NCBI GenBank assembly: GCA_030610945.1
Contig: JAUWQV010000004.1
Span: 53,812-117,811 of the forward strand
Length of the DNA stretch: 64,000 nt
Direction: 5' to 3'
From: Methanocellales archaeon
Lineage (GTDB): Archaea; Halobacteriota; UBA148; JAUWXC01
Under the pieces are notes generated by a model, which saw only the letters and a program-made list of their open reading frames with translations, was not told the DNA's origin and did not search any database. Both the position numbers and the translations under genes were made by a program. This document shows, piece by piece, positions 11,929-21,397 of the stretch (the stretch's first letter is position 1; each line of letters starts with the position of its first letter).

Positions 11929-13434
11929 ATGGGCAAAACCGTCGAGGAAATCAACCAGAAAATCAGGGATGGCAGCGTTCATGTCGTCACCGCCGAGGAA
12001 ATGACAGCGATAGTGGAGACGCTTGGTCCAGAAGGCGCAGCCAAAGAGGTAGATGTAGTCACCACTGGTACGTTTGGTGCGATGTGCTCTTCGGGTGCAA
12101 TACTCAATTTTGGACACGCGGACCCGCCAATAAAAATGCAAAAACTCTGGCTGAATGATGTAGAGGCATATGCAGGCCTGGCAGCAGTGGATGCATATAT
12201 CGGCGCCACACAGGTATCTGAATCGCGAGGAATGGAATATGGCGGCGGGCACGTGATAGAGGAGTTGGTGTCAGGGAAAGCTGTTGTGCTACGCATCAGT
12301 GGAAGTGGAACTGACTGTTACCCCTTAAAGAATGTCGAGACGATGCTTGCAATAGAAGACCTAAATCAAGCAATTATGATCAATCCAAGAAATGCATATC
12401 AAAGATACAATGCAACAACCAACACATCCGACCAAACCATGCACACATATATGGGCCCCCTGCTCCCGGATCTGGGCAATGTGATATACGCAGGATCCGG
12501 AGCTCTATCACCACTCTCCAATGACCCGACATATGCCACGATTGGCATGGGAACGCGCATCTTTTTGTGCGGCGCTCAAGGATACATAATAGGCGAGGGT
12601 ACACAGCATGACCCGAAAAACAACATGGGAGCCCTGATGGTCAAAGGCAATTTAAAAGAGATGAGTTCTGAATTCGTTAAAGGTGCCTCATTCCACAAAT
12701 ACGGCACAACACTCTATGTGGGCCTTGGTATTCCGATACCAATTCTTAATGAAGATATTGCTTTGTGCACAGGGATAAGCGATGCAGAGATTAAAACCGA
12801 AGTTTTAGATTATGGGGTGCAGAGAAGAGAGAAGCCCGTACTCGGAGAAGTCACATACGAAGAGTTGAAATCCGGTTGTATAGAGATTAATGGCAAAGAA
12901 GTTAGAACAGCCGCCATCTCGAGTTTATATGTAGCCAGAAAAGTCGCAGAGTCGCTCAAAGACTGGATTTTAAAGGGAGAATTCATGTTAACCACGCCCA
13001 TAGAGGGGCTATCCACTAAACCGGGAGTTAAACCGATGAGGCAAACGGGTGGGCTGCTGCTTGTCAAGGATGTCATGACGGCTGGCATTGGTACCATAAA
13101 ACCAGATGTAAGCATCGAAGAGGCGGCGAAGAGAATTATAAAGGGGCAATTCAACCATCTCCCAGTGGTATCCGATGATGGCAGGTTAATGGGCATCATC
13201 ACCACCTGGGACGTGTCGAAGGCTGTCGCCCTTGCTAAGCGAGGCAGGGTGGAGCAGATTATGACGCGCAAGGTTGTTGTAGTTAATCCAAGGGACCCCA
13301 TAGACATAGCTGCCCGTAAATTAGAACAACACAATATCTCGGCGTTGCCGGTAATTGATGCCAAGCGAAAGGTCATCGGCATTATCACCAGTGAGGATCT
13401 GAGCAAATTGCTTACAGGAGGGGGACGTAAATGA
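11929..13434 (+). CDS. L-aspartate semialdehyde sulfurtransferase (MA1821-like, DUF39 + CBS pair), homocysteine biosynthesis
   Basis: VDVVTTGTFGAMCSSG, NPRNAYQ, two C-terminal CBS domains. Confidence 0.92.
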   Translation: MGKTVEEINQKIRDGSVHVVTAEEMTAIVETLGPEGAAKEVDVVTTGTFGAMCSSGAILNFGHADPPIKMQKLWLNDVEAYAGLAAVDAYIGATQVSESRGMEYGGGHVIEELVSGKAVVLRISGSGTDCYPLKNVETMLAIEDLNQAIMINPRNAYQRYNATTNTSDQTMHTYMGPLLPDLGNVIYAGSGALSPLSNDPTYATIGMGTRIFLCGAQGYIIGEGTQHDPKNNMGALMVKGNLKEMSSEFVKGASFHKYGTTLYVGLGIPIPILNEDIALCTGISDAEIKTEVLDYGVQRREKPVLGEVTYEELKSGCIEINGKEVRTAAISSLYVARKVAESLKDWILKGEFMLTTPIEGLSTKPGVKPMRQTGGLLLVKDVMTAGIGTIKPDVSIEEAAKRIIKGQFNHLPVVSDDGRLMGIITTWDVSKAVALAKRGRVEQIMTRKVVVVNPRDPIDIAARKLEQHNISALPVIDAKRKVIGIITSEDLSKLLTGGGRK

Positions 13435-13817
13435 AGATAATGCTGTGTTTCAACTCCCAGATAATAAAAAAACCACTGATCGCAGAAGTCATATTAGAAA
13501 CTGGTGCCTTGGTGAACATCAACAAAGCAACCATAGACATTACCGGCGGCGAGTTAATCATAAACGTTCCTGATGAAGATGCGAAAAAGGTCATTAAATC
13601 GTTTAAATCACGTGGGGTTGACATCATCACTCTGGAAAAACCAATCGTTCGCACAGACGAGGAGTGTGTACATTGTGGAGTGTGTATTTCAGTCTGCCCA
13701 ACCAACGTGTTCAAGTATGAAGCCGATGGCAGCGTTTCCATGGACCACAAGGAGTGCATCCAGTGCGGAGCGTGTATAACGGCCTGTCCGCACAACGCCC
13801 TTAAATTATCTAGATAA
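13431..13817 (+). CDS. NIL-domain 2x[4Fe-4S] ferredoxin (MA1822-like)
   Basis: CVHCGVCISVCP and CIQCGACITACP; coupled to the DUF39 gene. Confidence 0.92.
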   Translation: MKIMLCFNSQIIKKPLIAEVILETGALVNINKATIDITGGELIINVPDEDAKKVIKSFKSRGVDIITLEKPIVRTDEECVHCGVCISVCPTNVFKYEADGSVSMDHKECIQCGACITACPHNALKLSR

Positions 13818-13820
13818 TTT

Positions 13821-14531
13821 ATGAAAAGCAGATTTCAGTTAAAGGAAACCGTCGTAACAATCATTTCTGATGCTCCGTATATTGAAGCTGCCCGGCAGGC
13901 GATTATGGAGCACAGAAGGCAACTCGAGCGGTACATCACATTCGACCCCTTTTTTAGAGTTACGATGGAACCACATCCTATGCCAGAGGAAAGGCCAGAA
14001 ATCGTGAAAAGGTTGTTCTTGGCAGGGAACGCAGTGGGCGTCGGTCCAATGGCCGCAGTAGCCGGCACCATAGCAGAACTGGCTGTAGAGGCAGCGCTGG
14101 ACAAAGGCGCAAAGCATGTAATAGTGGACAATGGCGGAGATATAGCATTGTTCACCGATAAGCCCGTATTAGTCGGAATATACGCTGGCGGATCGGCTGC
14201 TAAGCACCTGGCGTTTCAGGTGGAAGCGCATGAATCAAAAGGGATATGTACCTCCTCAGGCAGGGTAGGGCCTTCAATCAGTTTCGGTAATGTGGATGCA
14301 GCTACGGTTATAGCCAAAAGTGCATCGCTCGCAGATGCTGCTGCGACGGCGCTTGGCAATACAGTCGTCGGAAACTCAAAGAAGGAGATAGAAGGGGCAT
14401 TCGACGTCATAAAGAGCGTGGATGGTATAGAAGGTGCCATCCTGATCAAAGATGACCACATAGGAATGTGGGGCAAACTTCCAAAGATAGTAAAGGCGCC
14501 TGTAAATCCAGATTTTATCACCCGACCATAA
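13821..14531 (+). CDS. UPF0280/ApbE-like protein (MA1715-like, sulfide assimilation)
   Basis: VGPMAAVAG, DNGGDIA, GICTSSG.VGPSISFG, ADAAATALGN. Confidence 0.9.
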   Translation: MKSRFQLKETVVTIISDAPYIEAARQAIMEHRRQLERYITFDPFFRVTMEPHPMPEERPEIVKRLFLAGNAVGVGPMAAVAGTIAELAVEAALDKGAKHVIVDNGGDIALFTDKPVLVGIYAGGSAAKHLAFQVEAHESKGICTSSGRVGPSISFGNVDAATVIAKSASLADAAATALGNTVVGNSKKEIEGAFDVIKSVDGIEGAILIKDDHIGMWGKLPKIVKAPVNPDFITRP

Positions 14532-14586
14532 GACTGGCGAGTTTGTTTAGGAATATGTTAAATCTAGCGAAACTTATTTATAGATG

Positions 14587-14656
14587 CAATACATAAAACA
14601 ATACATAGAGTAAGACAAAAAATAACACGCAAGATAATACAAGGAGTAATACAAGC
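14587..14656 (+). promoter_or_regulatory. six phased YAANAC boxes at a 12-bp period upstream of the AbrB-like gene
   Basis: caatac 14587, caatac 14599, taagac 14611, taacac 14623, taatac 14635, taatac 14647. Confidence 0.6.
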
Positions 14657-14848
14657 ATGAAATTCAAAACAAAATTGTGGCAGAGGGGGAAAACAAGCTT
14701 CGCGTCCACGATTCCACACACCGTTTTATTGCAGTTAGATCCCGATGAAAAAAAGTATCATGTGGTCTGGGAGTTCAGTGAACCCAACAAATGGACCGTA
14801 ACCCTGGAGGAGTTGGGGTCAGAAACCCTGTCGTCTGCTGATAAATAA
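14657..14848 (+). CDS. small AbrB/MazE/SpoVT-like DNA-binding protein
   Basis: TKLWQRGKTSFASTIP swapped-hairpin pattern; AGGAG SD. Confidence 0.6.
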   Translation: MKFKTKLWQRGKTSFASTIPHTVLLQLDPDEKKYHVVWEFSEPNKWTVTLEELGSETLSSADK

Positions 14849-14875
14849 AGAATCTATGAAAGGAGGTGAATGTCG

Positions 14876-14962
14876 ATGAGTGATCCGCTTGTAATAATTC
14901 ATGAAACCGCGGCTGTAGTTATGACCGTCGTAGTTTCGCTTACCATTCTGTTTGGATTGTAA
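14876..14962 (+). CDS. 28-aa hydrophobic micropeptide
   Basis: MSDPLVIIHETAAVVMTVVVSLTILFGL preceded by a perfect AGGAGGTGA SD at 14861-14869; absent from the ORF track. Confidence 0.5.
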   Translation: MSDPLVIIHETAAVVMTVVVSLTILFGL

Positions 14963-15181
14963 TTTAGGGTGAGAATCTGGCAAATATGCAGCCGATGAAG
15001 TCAGTGAGACTGTGGTGAAGGTGGCTGATTATCTGGCTCACTTAAGGCGTTAACTATGGCGCGGTTACCTTCCTGCCATTATTGTTAGTGGTTAAGCCTA
15101 CGGGACATTTCATATGGCGCATTTTAGGTCCTATTTTTAGAGATATGAGGTGCCAAAACAGCCCTCACAATACTTTTAAGC

Positions 15182-15688
15182 ATGAAGGAAATATTATCTT
15201 TAACTGATAGCATGCCAGGAAACATAATACATATTTGCGGCCCAGAACATTCGGGAAAAACATATATGGCGCTAGGCATGGCTGAAAGGCTGGAAAAGGA
15301 TTTTGATTTATCGCGCGTGATTGTCGACGTTAATGATATCTTTACTACACAGAAAAAATTGATAACGAAAAGCCCTACGACGATAGTGATAGATTCGCCG
15401 AAGGAGGCTCCACTCCCAACCACCAGTAAATACAAACTTGTCGAAACCATAATTCACTTGGCAGCCAGAGGCAATAACATAATAATGACCGGATATCCTG
15501 GCGATAGCCTGTATGAAGCGCTGGTTAAAACGTCGACCAAGTTCGTGGCTTCGCGCGACGTCAACATAATCGGGATCGATCTGCACAGTTACAACGAGCC
15601 GGATTATCTGAAAATATTGGGCATAGAGCCAAGTAAAGGCCTTATGAACAAGTACGATGCGAAATTCAAAGAGGCTATAACGAAGTAG
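15182..15688 (+). CDS. short P-loop NTPase resembling mobile-element/viral ATPases
   Basis: Walker A GPEHSGKT, DFDLSRVIV, degenerate Walker B IVIDS, C-terminal PSKGLMNKY. Confidence 0.6.
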   Translation: MKEILSLTDSMPGNIIHICGPEHSGKTYMALGMAERLEKDFDLSRVIVDVNDIFTTQKKLITKSPTTIVIDSPKEAPLPTTSKYKLVETIIHLAARGNNIIMTGYPGDSLYEALVKTSTKFVASRDVNIIGIDLHSYNEPDYLKILGIEPSKGLMNKYDAKFKEAITK

Positions 15689-15696
15689 GTTCTTGC

Positions 15697-16464
15697 ATGG
15701 CGATGAACCTCGATGGAATACGGATACTGATATGCATCCACCTTTTAGTCTACTCGTGCTACTCTGATTTTAAGACCAGACGAGTTCCTAATAAGATATG
15801 GCTCCCGATGATTGGCATTGGCGTTATTTTGGCATTCGTCGATTTCATCACTTATGGCCCTGACTTTTTCATCCACTTCGCATTTTCCGTGGTCCTACTC
15901 TCTGTATTTGCGTACCTGCTCTTCAAGATAAACGCCTTTGGCGGCGCAGATGCCAAGGCCATCATTACCCTGTCCATACTAATCCCAACATTTCCTTCTT
16001 TTGTACTATTTGGGCGCGCCCTGCCATTAACCGGCATTCCACCGCTTAATCTGTTTGCCTTCAGCGCCCTCGGAAATGCTGTATTGCTATCCCTTGTAGT
16101 GCCCATTGCGCTCTTCATCTACAACCTGACTCAAAACCCAGAAGAAGTGATCGAGAAGCCGTTGTACTCGTTCATAGGCTACAAATCAGAGATATCTAAA
16201 TTGAAAAATCAGCACATTAGATTAATCCAAGATTTCGTTGAACAGGACGACAGAGTCGCCCCAAGGTTCAGATTTAATGGTGTGCAAATAGACGATGCGC
16301 TTATAGAGAGACTTCGGCGCCTGTCCAAAGAGGAGAAAATCCCGGAGAAGGTATGGGTAATGCCTGGTTTGCCTTTTATGATTTCGTTGACGGTTGGATT
16401 TGCCACTGCCCTGATCTATGGAGACATTATCTACCTGATTACTCTATGTATGTTGGGGATGTGA
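15697..16464 (+). CDS. A24-family prepilin/prearchaellin peptidase (PibD/FlaK-like)
   Basis: SDFKTRRVPN, FGGADAKA, VWVMPGLPFM, several TM helices. Confidence 0.92.
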   Translation: MAMNLDGIRILICIHLLVYSCYSDFKTRRVPNKIWLPMIGIGVILAFVDFITYGPDFFIHFAFSVVLLSVFAYLLFKINAFGGADAKAIITLSILIPTFPSFVLFGRALPLTGIPPLNLFAFSALGNAVLLSLVVPIALFIYNLTQNPEEVIEKPLYSFIGYKSEISKLKNQHIRLIQDFVEQDDRVAPRFRFNGVQIDDALIERLRRLSKEEKIPEKVWVMPGLPFMISLTVGFATALIYGDIIYLITLCMLGM

Positions 16465-16488
16465 ACCCAAAAAAGATTAAGGCATGAG

Positions 16489-17313
16489 TTGATATCTGTA
16501 ATGATGCGAGCAATGTTAAATTCAGAGGATGGCGTCTCACCAGTAGTCGGGATGCTCCTGATATTAACCATTATAATTCTCTCAATAACGGTCATCTGTG
16601 TGGGAGGATTGCCCTTGATAAACGCTGCGAGAGAGTCCGCCCACCTTCAAGGAATGCGCAATTCGTTTGCTGTGCTCCACGCCGATATAGAAGAGGTTGT
16701 TCGGGGACCCATTGTAGGTGTGGGACCCGCCAGAATCACGAGGATGAACGTTGGCGGTGGCGCATTAAGTGTGGAGCCTAATCCTATTATTGGCAGATTT
16801 ATGGTGGATAATGGAACTAGCGTACTTGACGTCAATCCTGGTATCATCACATACGAATACGCAGAACAAACGATCGCCTATGAAAATGGTGCGACGTTCT
16901 CGAGATACAGGTCTGGCGCAGTCATGGATTCTACCCCGCTGATGTACGTCCAGAGAGCGGACGGCAACAACATCACAGTTATGATTCACGTGGTCAACAT
17001 CACAGGAACTGATTCATCTGTTGGAGGAAAGGGATTTGCAAAGGTGCTGACGACGTATGAGGGGTTTATATCGTGCGTGTCTGGTGAAACACAGCCAAAT
17101 GCACAAACTGTAACAATAACGATTTGGAGTGAATACTATGATGCGTGGGGAAAGTATTTTGAGAGAGAGTTGGAGCGCATAGGGGCAAATGATACTATAA
17201 CCTACAATGATGGTAGTAAGACAGTAACGATCACAATTACAAACATAGACCCAGGAACGCCCGACATCTACCTGTGCGTCCACGAAACCCAGATCAGTGC
17301 GCAGGTGGAGTGA
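16489..17313 (+). CDS. pilin-like protein with class III signal peptide
   Basis: SEDG/VSPVVGMLLIL then a hydrophobic helix; YENGA motif. Confidence 0.8.
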   Translation: MISVMMRAMLNSEDGVSPVVGMLLILTIIILSITVICVGGLPLINAARESAHLQGMRNSFAVLHADIEEVVRGPIVGVGPARITRMNVGGGALSVEPNPIIGRFMVDNGTSVLDVNPGIITYEYAEQTIAYENGATFSRYRSGAVMDSTPLMYVQRADGNNITVMIHVVNITGTDSSVGGKGFAKVLTTYEGFISCVSGETQPNAQTVTITIWSEYYDAWGKYFERELERIGANDTITYNDGSKTVTITITNIDPGTPDIYLCVHETQISAQVE

Positions 17314-17804
17314 TTTTTGTGTTTTCTCTTAAGCGATTTGCCAAGGACGAGAGCGCCCAAGCGGTGACACTGGATTACATCCTCATACTCTCGCTGACCG
17401 CGATTTTTCTGGGCGGGTTGCTCCTATCATTTGGCATGGTGAAGGACACCGTCTCGGCGCAAGCGATGAGAGCGCAGTACAAAGACATCGGGAATGCGAT
17501 AGTTGGAACAATTGCTGATGCATACATGACTGGACTGTATAATGGAGTTGCCACGAAAACGATCCAGATTCCTATGCAAGTAGCAGGACAGAGCTATATC
17601 ATCGAAACCTGCAATAAAACGCTCTATCCGGGCAGTGAGTTGCAAGCCCTTAAAATCTCGGCAGGCCGCACCGACATTGAGGTCTACGTTCCGCTTAACA
17701 ACATCGACAAGAATATCAACGTTTCTGGCATAGTTACCAGCAGCGCCGGACAAATCGTGGTGCAATATGATGGGGCCAATATAACCCTCAGGAGCGATGA
17801 GTGA
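17310..17804 (+). CDS. pilin-like protein with class III signal peptide
   Basis: KDESA/QAVTLDYILIL; GTG start overlapping the previous stop inferred. Confidence 0.75.
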   Translation: MIFVFSLKRFAKDESAQAVTLDYILILSLTAIFLGGLLLSFGMVKDTVSAQAMRAQYKDIGNAIVGTIADAYMTGLYNGVATKTIQIPMQVAGQSYIIETCNKTLYPGSELQALKISAGRTDIEVYVPLNNIDKNINVSGIVTSSAGQIVVQYDGANITLRSDE

Positions 17805-18378
17805 GATGCGTAGCATAACAGATGACCAAACTGCTGCGATTAGCCTTGATTTTATGACTGCCATCGCGATTTTTGTAGTTGCATTTCTATATGTCGTCTA
17901 CTCGCTTTCTGGGGCAATTACACCATACACCGGTGAATCCAAGAGCATCTATCCCGTTGCAAGCAGGATGAGTGAGATGTTGGTGAGTGACCCTGGGGCA
18001 CCAGAAAACTGGGAGAATGACTGGAAAACTGGCGATTATGCGAATGTTGGCAGGATTGGCCTTGCAGTAGACAATGAAAGCCACAACGTCCTTGATAAGA
18101 GCAAGGTCGATGCGCTTATGCACAGCTCTACAAAAGGACTGACTTGGTGGGAGTTTGGCGCAAAGACGAACACGACAGAGCAATATGATAACGCCACAAG
18201 AGCGCTTGGCTTGAAACCCTATGATTTTTACATGCAAATTCGCCCAATTAATACTACATTTAATAATTATGCCAATCAAAATGTCACCAGTGCCGGTGAT
18301 ATCTGCAAAATAGAGCGGATCGTCACGATAAAAGATGGCACCTATGCCGAGTATAGGCTCATTCTGTGGATGTGGTAA
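17797..18378 (+). CDS. pilin-like protein with class III signal peptide
   Basis: DDQTA/AISLDFMTAIAIF, PG.PENWE, IGLA. Confidence 0.75.
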   Translation: MSEMRSITDDQTAAISLDFMTAIAIFVVAFLYVVYSLSGAITPYTGESKSIYPVASRMSEMLVSDPGAPENWENDWKTGDYANVGRIGLAVDNESHNVLDKSKVDALMHSSTKGLTWWEFGAKTNTTEQYDNATRALGLKPYDFYMQIRPINTTFNNYANQNVTSAGDICKIERIVTIKDGTYAEYRLILWMW

Positions 18379-18379
18379 G

Positions 18380-18772
18380 ATGTTTCGTTCAGACAACAAA
18401 GCGCAGATGCACACTTTTGAGGCCATAATTGCTGCGATTCTGATGGTCGGCGCCGTGATGTTTATTAGTGTGACTGCACCTATGGGCACGCAATCTGCCC
18501 AGCAGTATTCTGAGGTACAACTAAAAATTTATGGAAGGGATGCGTTGAACGTGCTAAGTGTAGAGGACAAACTTCAGAATAACGAATTAGATGTAAATCT
18601 TGGAAAACTTCTGCCGGAAAACGTTGGATATAATGTCATCGTCTATGATGGCGCGGGCACTCCCATCTCAAGCACCAACAGAATAACTGCACCCAACGCA
18701 GTAGTCGTGTATTGTATCACGTCAATTGGTGGTGATGTTAAGGAGATTAGGGTAACGTTGTGGTATAAATGA
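18380..18772 (+). CDS. pilin-like protein with class III signal peptide
   Basis: DNKA/QMHTFEAIIAAILM, LLPENVGYNV, terminal VTLWY. Confidence 0.75.
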   Translation: MFRSDNKAQMHTFEAIIAAILMVGAVMFISVTAPMGTQSAQQYSEVQLKIYGRDALNVLSVEDKLQNNELDVNLGKLLPENVGYNVIVYDGAGTPISSTNRITAPNAVVVYCITSIGGDVKEIRVTLWYK

Positions 18773-19554
18773 CGCATAGTTCGAAATTTAGGAGAAACGA
18801 GAAGGCACAGATAATCACCCTTGCTGGGGTAATCATAGCACTTACCATAGTGCTTCTCGCCATCGTGATTAACACCGCAGCGATCTCCGGGCAGAGGACG
18901 GTAACGCAAGAAGTTGATGATGCGCATTACGTGTTCAAAAATGTGCGGGATGTATATGGGGATGTTTTATGGCAAGCGTCTAGTGATGGGTTTGACCCAT
19001 TTAAAAATGACAGCTTAAAGTCGGCCGAAGTAGATATGACAAAAATGTGCAATGCGCATGGTTTTTCTCTCCTCTTTAAAGACAAGTTCTATGATAACTC
19101 TGTCAACCCTCCCACTGCCGCGGCGCTACTCATTTTCTCAGATGGAGATACTATGTACAAGGATCGTGTAACATACACTCTAGCCTTGATAGTGCGAAGA
19201 CTACAGTTTGTTGGGGGCACTCTTAATGTGAGCACTTTCAACAAGTTGAATGATACAATTTCGTTCAACGTCACAAACATCGCATCCCAAAATGTGACCA
19301 TAGATAAGATGAATGTGAGTTGGATTCCTGATGAGGGTGAGAAACTGAGAGAGATACGGATTGACGGAGTGAATGTCTGGTGGGGTTCGGCTGATAGTGG
19401 CAAAATAGTTGATCTCAAGACATATGCAACGATAGATTCGGGAGATACCGTACCGATTACACTGATATTCAATAAAAATATGGCCGACAAAATCTTCACC
19501 GTGGAGTTCATTTACACAGACGGCCTCTCGGACTCCGTCACATTTGAGACGTGA
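18769..19554 (+). CDS. pilin-like protein with class III signal peptide and C-terminal beta-rich domain
   Basis: RNEKA/QIITLAGVIIAL; coupled to the previous gene. Confidence 0.75.
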   Translation: MTHSSKFRRNEKAQIITLAGVIIALTIVLLAIVINTAAISGQRTVTQEVDDAHYVFKNVRDVYGDVLWQASSDGFDPFKNDSLKSAEVDMTKMCNAHGFSLLFKDKFYDNSVNPPTAAALLIFSDGDTMYKDRVTYTLALIVRRLQFVGGTLNVSTFNKLNDTISFNVTNIASQNVTIDKMNVSWIPDEGEKLREIRIDGVNVWWGSADSGKIVDLKTYATIDSGDTVPITLIFNKNMADKIFTVEFIYTDGLSDSVTFET

Positions 19555-19601
19555 AAACGAAAACTAAAAATCAATGAACGTAAAGTTTGATTTGGTAATC
19601 C

Positions 19602-19919
19602 ATGAAAACAAAAATCCGACAATTTAGGGAAGCAGATTTAGAAGCCGTCCTTGACATCGAAAGAGAATTTCCCCCGACATCTAGAGGGTTGATAACGAAA
19701 GATGATGTCGTGCGCTTATCTAAACAAAGCCCCAAAACGTGTTTGGTCGCGGAAAAAAAAGGCGAAGTGGTCGGCTTCATATTTGGCGAATTGGAAGAGG
19801 GTTCGTGTGTTATAAGATTTTTTCAGGTTCTTCCAGAATATTTGGGAGATGGCATCGTTACTGACCTGATTGGCGGGGTTGAAAAATCGACAAATGCGAG
19901 GGTTTTGTTGAAAGGGTAA
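19602..19919 (+). CDS. GNAT-family N-acetyltransferase, short and possibly truncated
   Basis: IRQFREADLEAVLDIE, LVAEKKGEVVGF, degenerate acetyl-CoA loop PEYLGDGI. Confidence 0.7.
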   Translation: MKTKIRQFREADLEAVLDIEREFPPTSRGLITKDDVVRLSKQSPKTCLVAEKKGEVVGFIFGELEEGSCVIRFFQVLPEYLGDGIVTDLIGGVEKSTNARVLLKG

Positions 19920-19975
19920 GTAAAAGTATCGCTTTGAGGTATAGTTGTTAAAGTAAAATAATAGGTGATGATTCG

Positions 19976-20515
19976 ATGTTACTTGAATTATTGATCCGAT
20001 TTTTCCCTTCTAGAATTATTTTATGGCTTCTTTCTAAAGTAATAGCCCCTCTTCAGAGAGCAATATTAAACAGCATCTCCCACCAGGTGATAATAAAAGA
20101 GATTGAAAGTCATCTTGAAACTGCTTATGCACATCCGCCAGTATCTTTTCGACTTCTTTTGGATAGTAAAGCACCTATTAAACTAAGAACAGAGCGAGTC
20201 GTGATGAGTATCAATTTAGAGGGGATACCTTTTGATAAGTTCATTTGGTCTCGAGGGGATAAAGGAATACACGAAGAGTTCTTAGGCGCCGTAGATGATG
20301 TGCCTGCTCTAGAGGGCGGAAATATCGTGTTTAAATATACCCCACCCATGTATTCTTATTTTAATATTTCCAGGATATACCTGAGAGGCTATATCAGATT
20401 CAGATGTTTGTTTGGTGCTTTTAATTTATTGATAGAAGAACCGATTAAGATAAAAGATGATGAGAAAGATAAGGCTATAAGGAAGATTAAAGAATACTAT
20501 AAGGATTTCTTCTAA
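19976..20515 (+). CDS. hypothetical protein (AT-rich)
   Basis: 179 aa ORF with an AGGTGA SD; no recognised motif. Confidence 0.6.
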   Translation: MLLELLIRFFPSRIILWLLSKVIAPLQRAILNSISHQVIIKEIESHLETAYAHPPVSFRLLLDSKAPIKLRTERVVMSINLEGIPFDKFIWSRGDKGIHEEFLGAVDDVPALEGGNIVFKYTPPMYSYFNISRIYLRGYIRFRCLFGAFNLLIEEPIKIKDDEKDKAIRKIKEYYKDFF

Positions 20516-20611
20516 GAAACCCTACAAATTCCGTCTTTTTGTTCATTTACAAAAGTTTAAAAAGCAAAAGGTTAAAACCTACATTAGTATCTACTGTTGA
20601 GGGTGTTGAAA

Positions 20612-20947
20612 ATGGACAATAAGCATCATGTAAGGAGACAAAACAGATTCATGCCTAAAGTTATTGATGATTTATTTACAGAAAGTAATTCTGAAATTGC
20701 GAGAAAAGTAAATGAAGATAAAGATTCAATGTCCTCCAAGGTGCCAGGAATAAATCATCGAGCTCATGGACATGGAGTAGGGTCTAATATCAAATATCTT
20801 CAAAAACATGGATTAAGAGGGTGGAAGGCTGGAATTCAGCATGACTTGGATGACGTCAGAGATACATTGGGAAGAGATGATAAAAGTAAAATAGGACTTG
20901 TAAAAGAATTAATTAATGTCCGAAGAAGGAAAAAGGAAATTCAATAA
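20612..20947 (+). CDS. hypothetical His-rich basic protein
   Basis: KHH, PGINHRAHGHG and QHDLDD; ATG start inferred. Confidence 0.55.
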   Translation: MDNKHHVRRQNRFMPKVIDDLFTESNSEIARKVNEDKDSMSSKVPGINHRAHGHGVGSNIKYLQKHGLRGWKAGIQHDLDDVRDTLGRDDKSKIGLVKELINVRRRKKEIQ

Positions 20948-20967
20948 AAAGCAATCCCCAAAGTAAA

Positions 20968-21393
20968 CTAACCCCCATCCGGAATCGGATCAAGGACCTC
21001 TAAACCGAGAGTCTTAAAAGCCTTGTCATGCGTAAGGATTTTTATCGTGTGATTTTTCTTCATCATGGCGACTATGGTAGCATCTCTACCTCCAATTGGT
21101 TTCTGCCATGATGTGGAAAGTTCATCGATGGATGCATCCAGATTGGATAGATCAAACGATTCTATCGCCATCGTAGACAGGCGCATCAGTTTCTTGATTT
21201 TATGTTTGAGCTCCTCCCTGGGCATATCTGATACTTTGTAAAGATAGTGGGAGACCTCCATCCAGATGATGGTATTGGTCAGAATTTCCTCGCCGTTCCC
21301 AATAATTTCATCGACTTTTGGTTTCACATATCGATGTTCTTTAGTAGATTGATCCAAGTAATAGCAGAGGATATTGGCATCAATAACGATCAT
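20968..21393 (-). CDS. vapC: VapC PIN-domain toxin
   Basis: IVIDANIL, E in WMEV, RDATIVA, THDKAF. Confidence 0.92.
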   Translation of the reverse strand: MIVIDANILCYYLDQSTKEHRYVKPKVDEIIGNGEEILTNTIIWMEVSHYLYKVSDMPREELKHKIKKLMRLSTMAIESFDLSNLDASIDELSTSWQKPIGGRDATIVAMMKKNHTIKILTHDKAFKTLGLEVLDPIPDGG

Positions 21394-21397
21394 TCGC

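Noticed and set aside
11929-14531. DUF39-CBS / NIL-ferredoxin / UPF0280 cluster as a novel system
   Set aside because: Already described as the MA1821/MA1822/MA1715 homocysteine and sulfide assimilation genes of methanogens.
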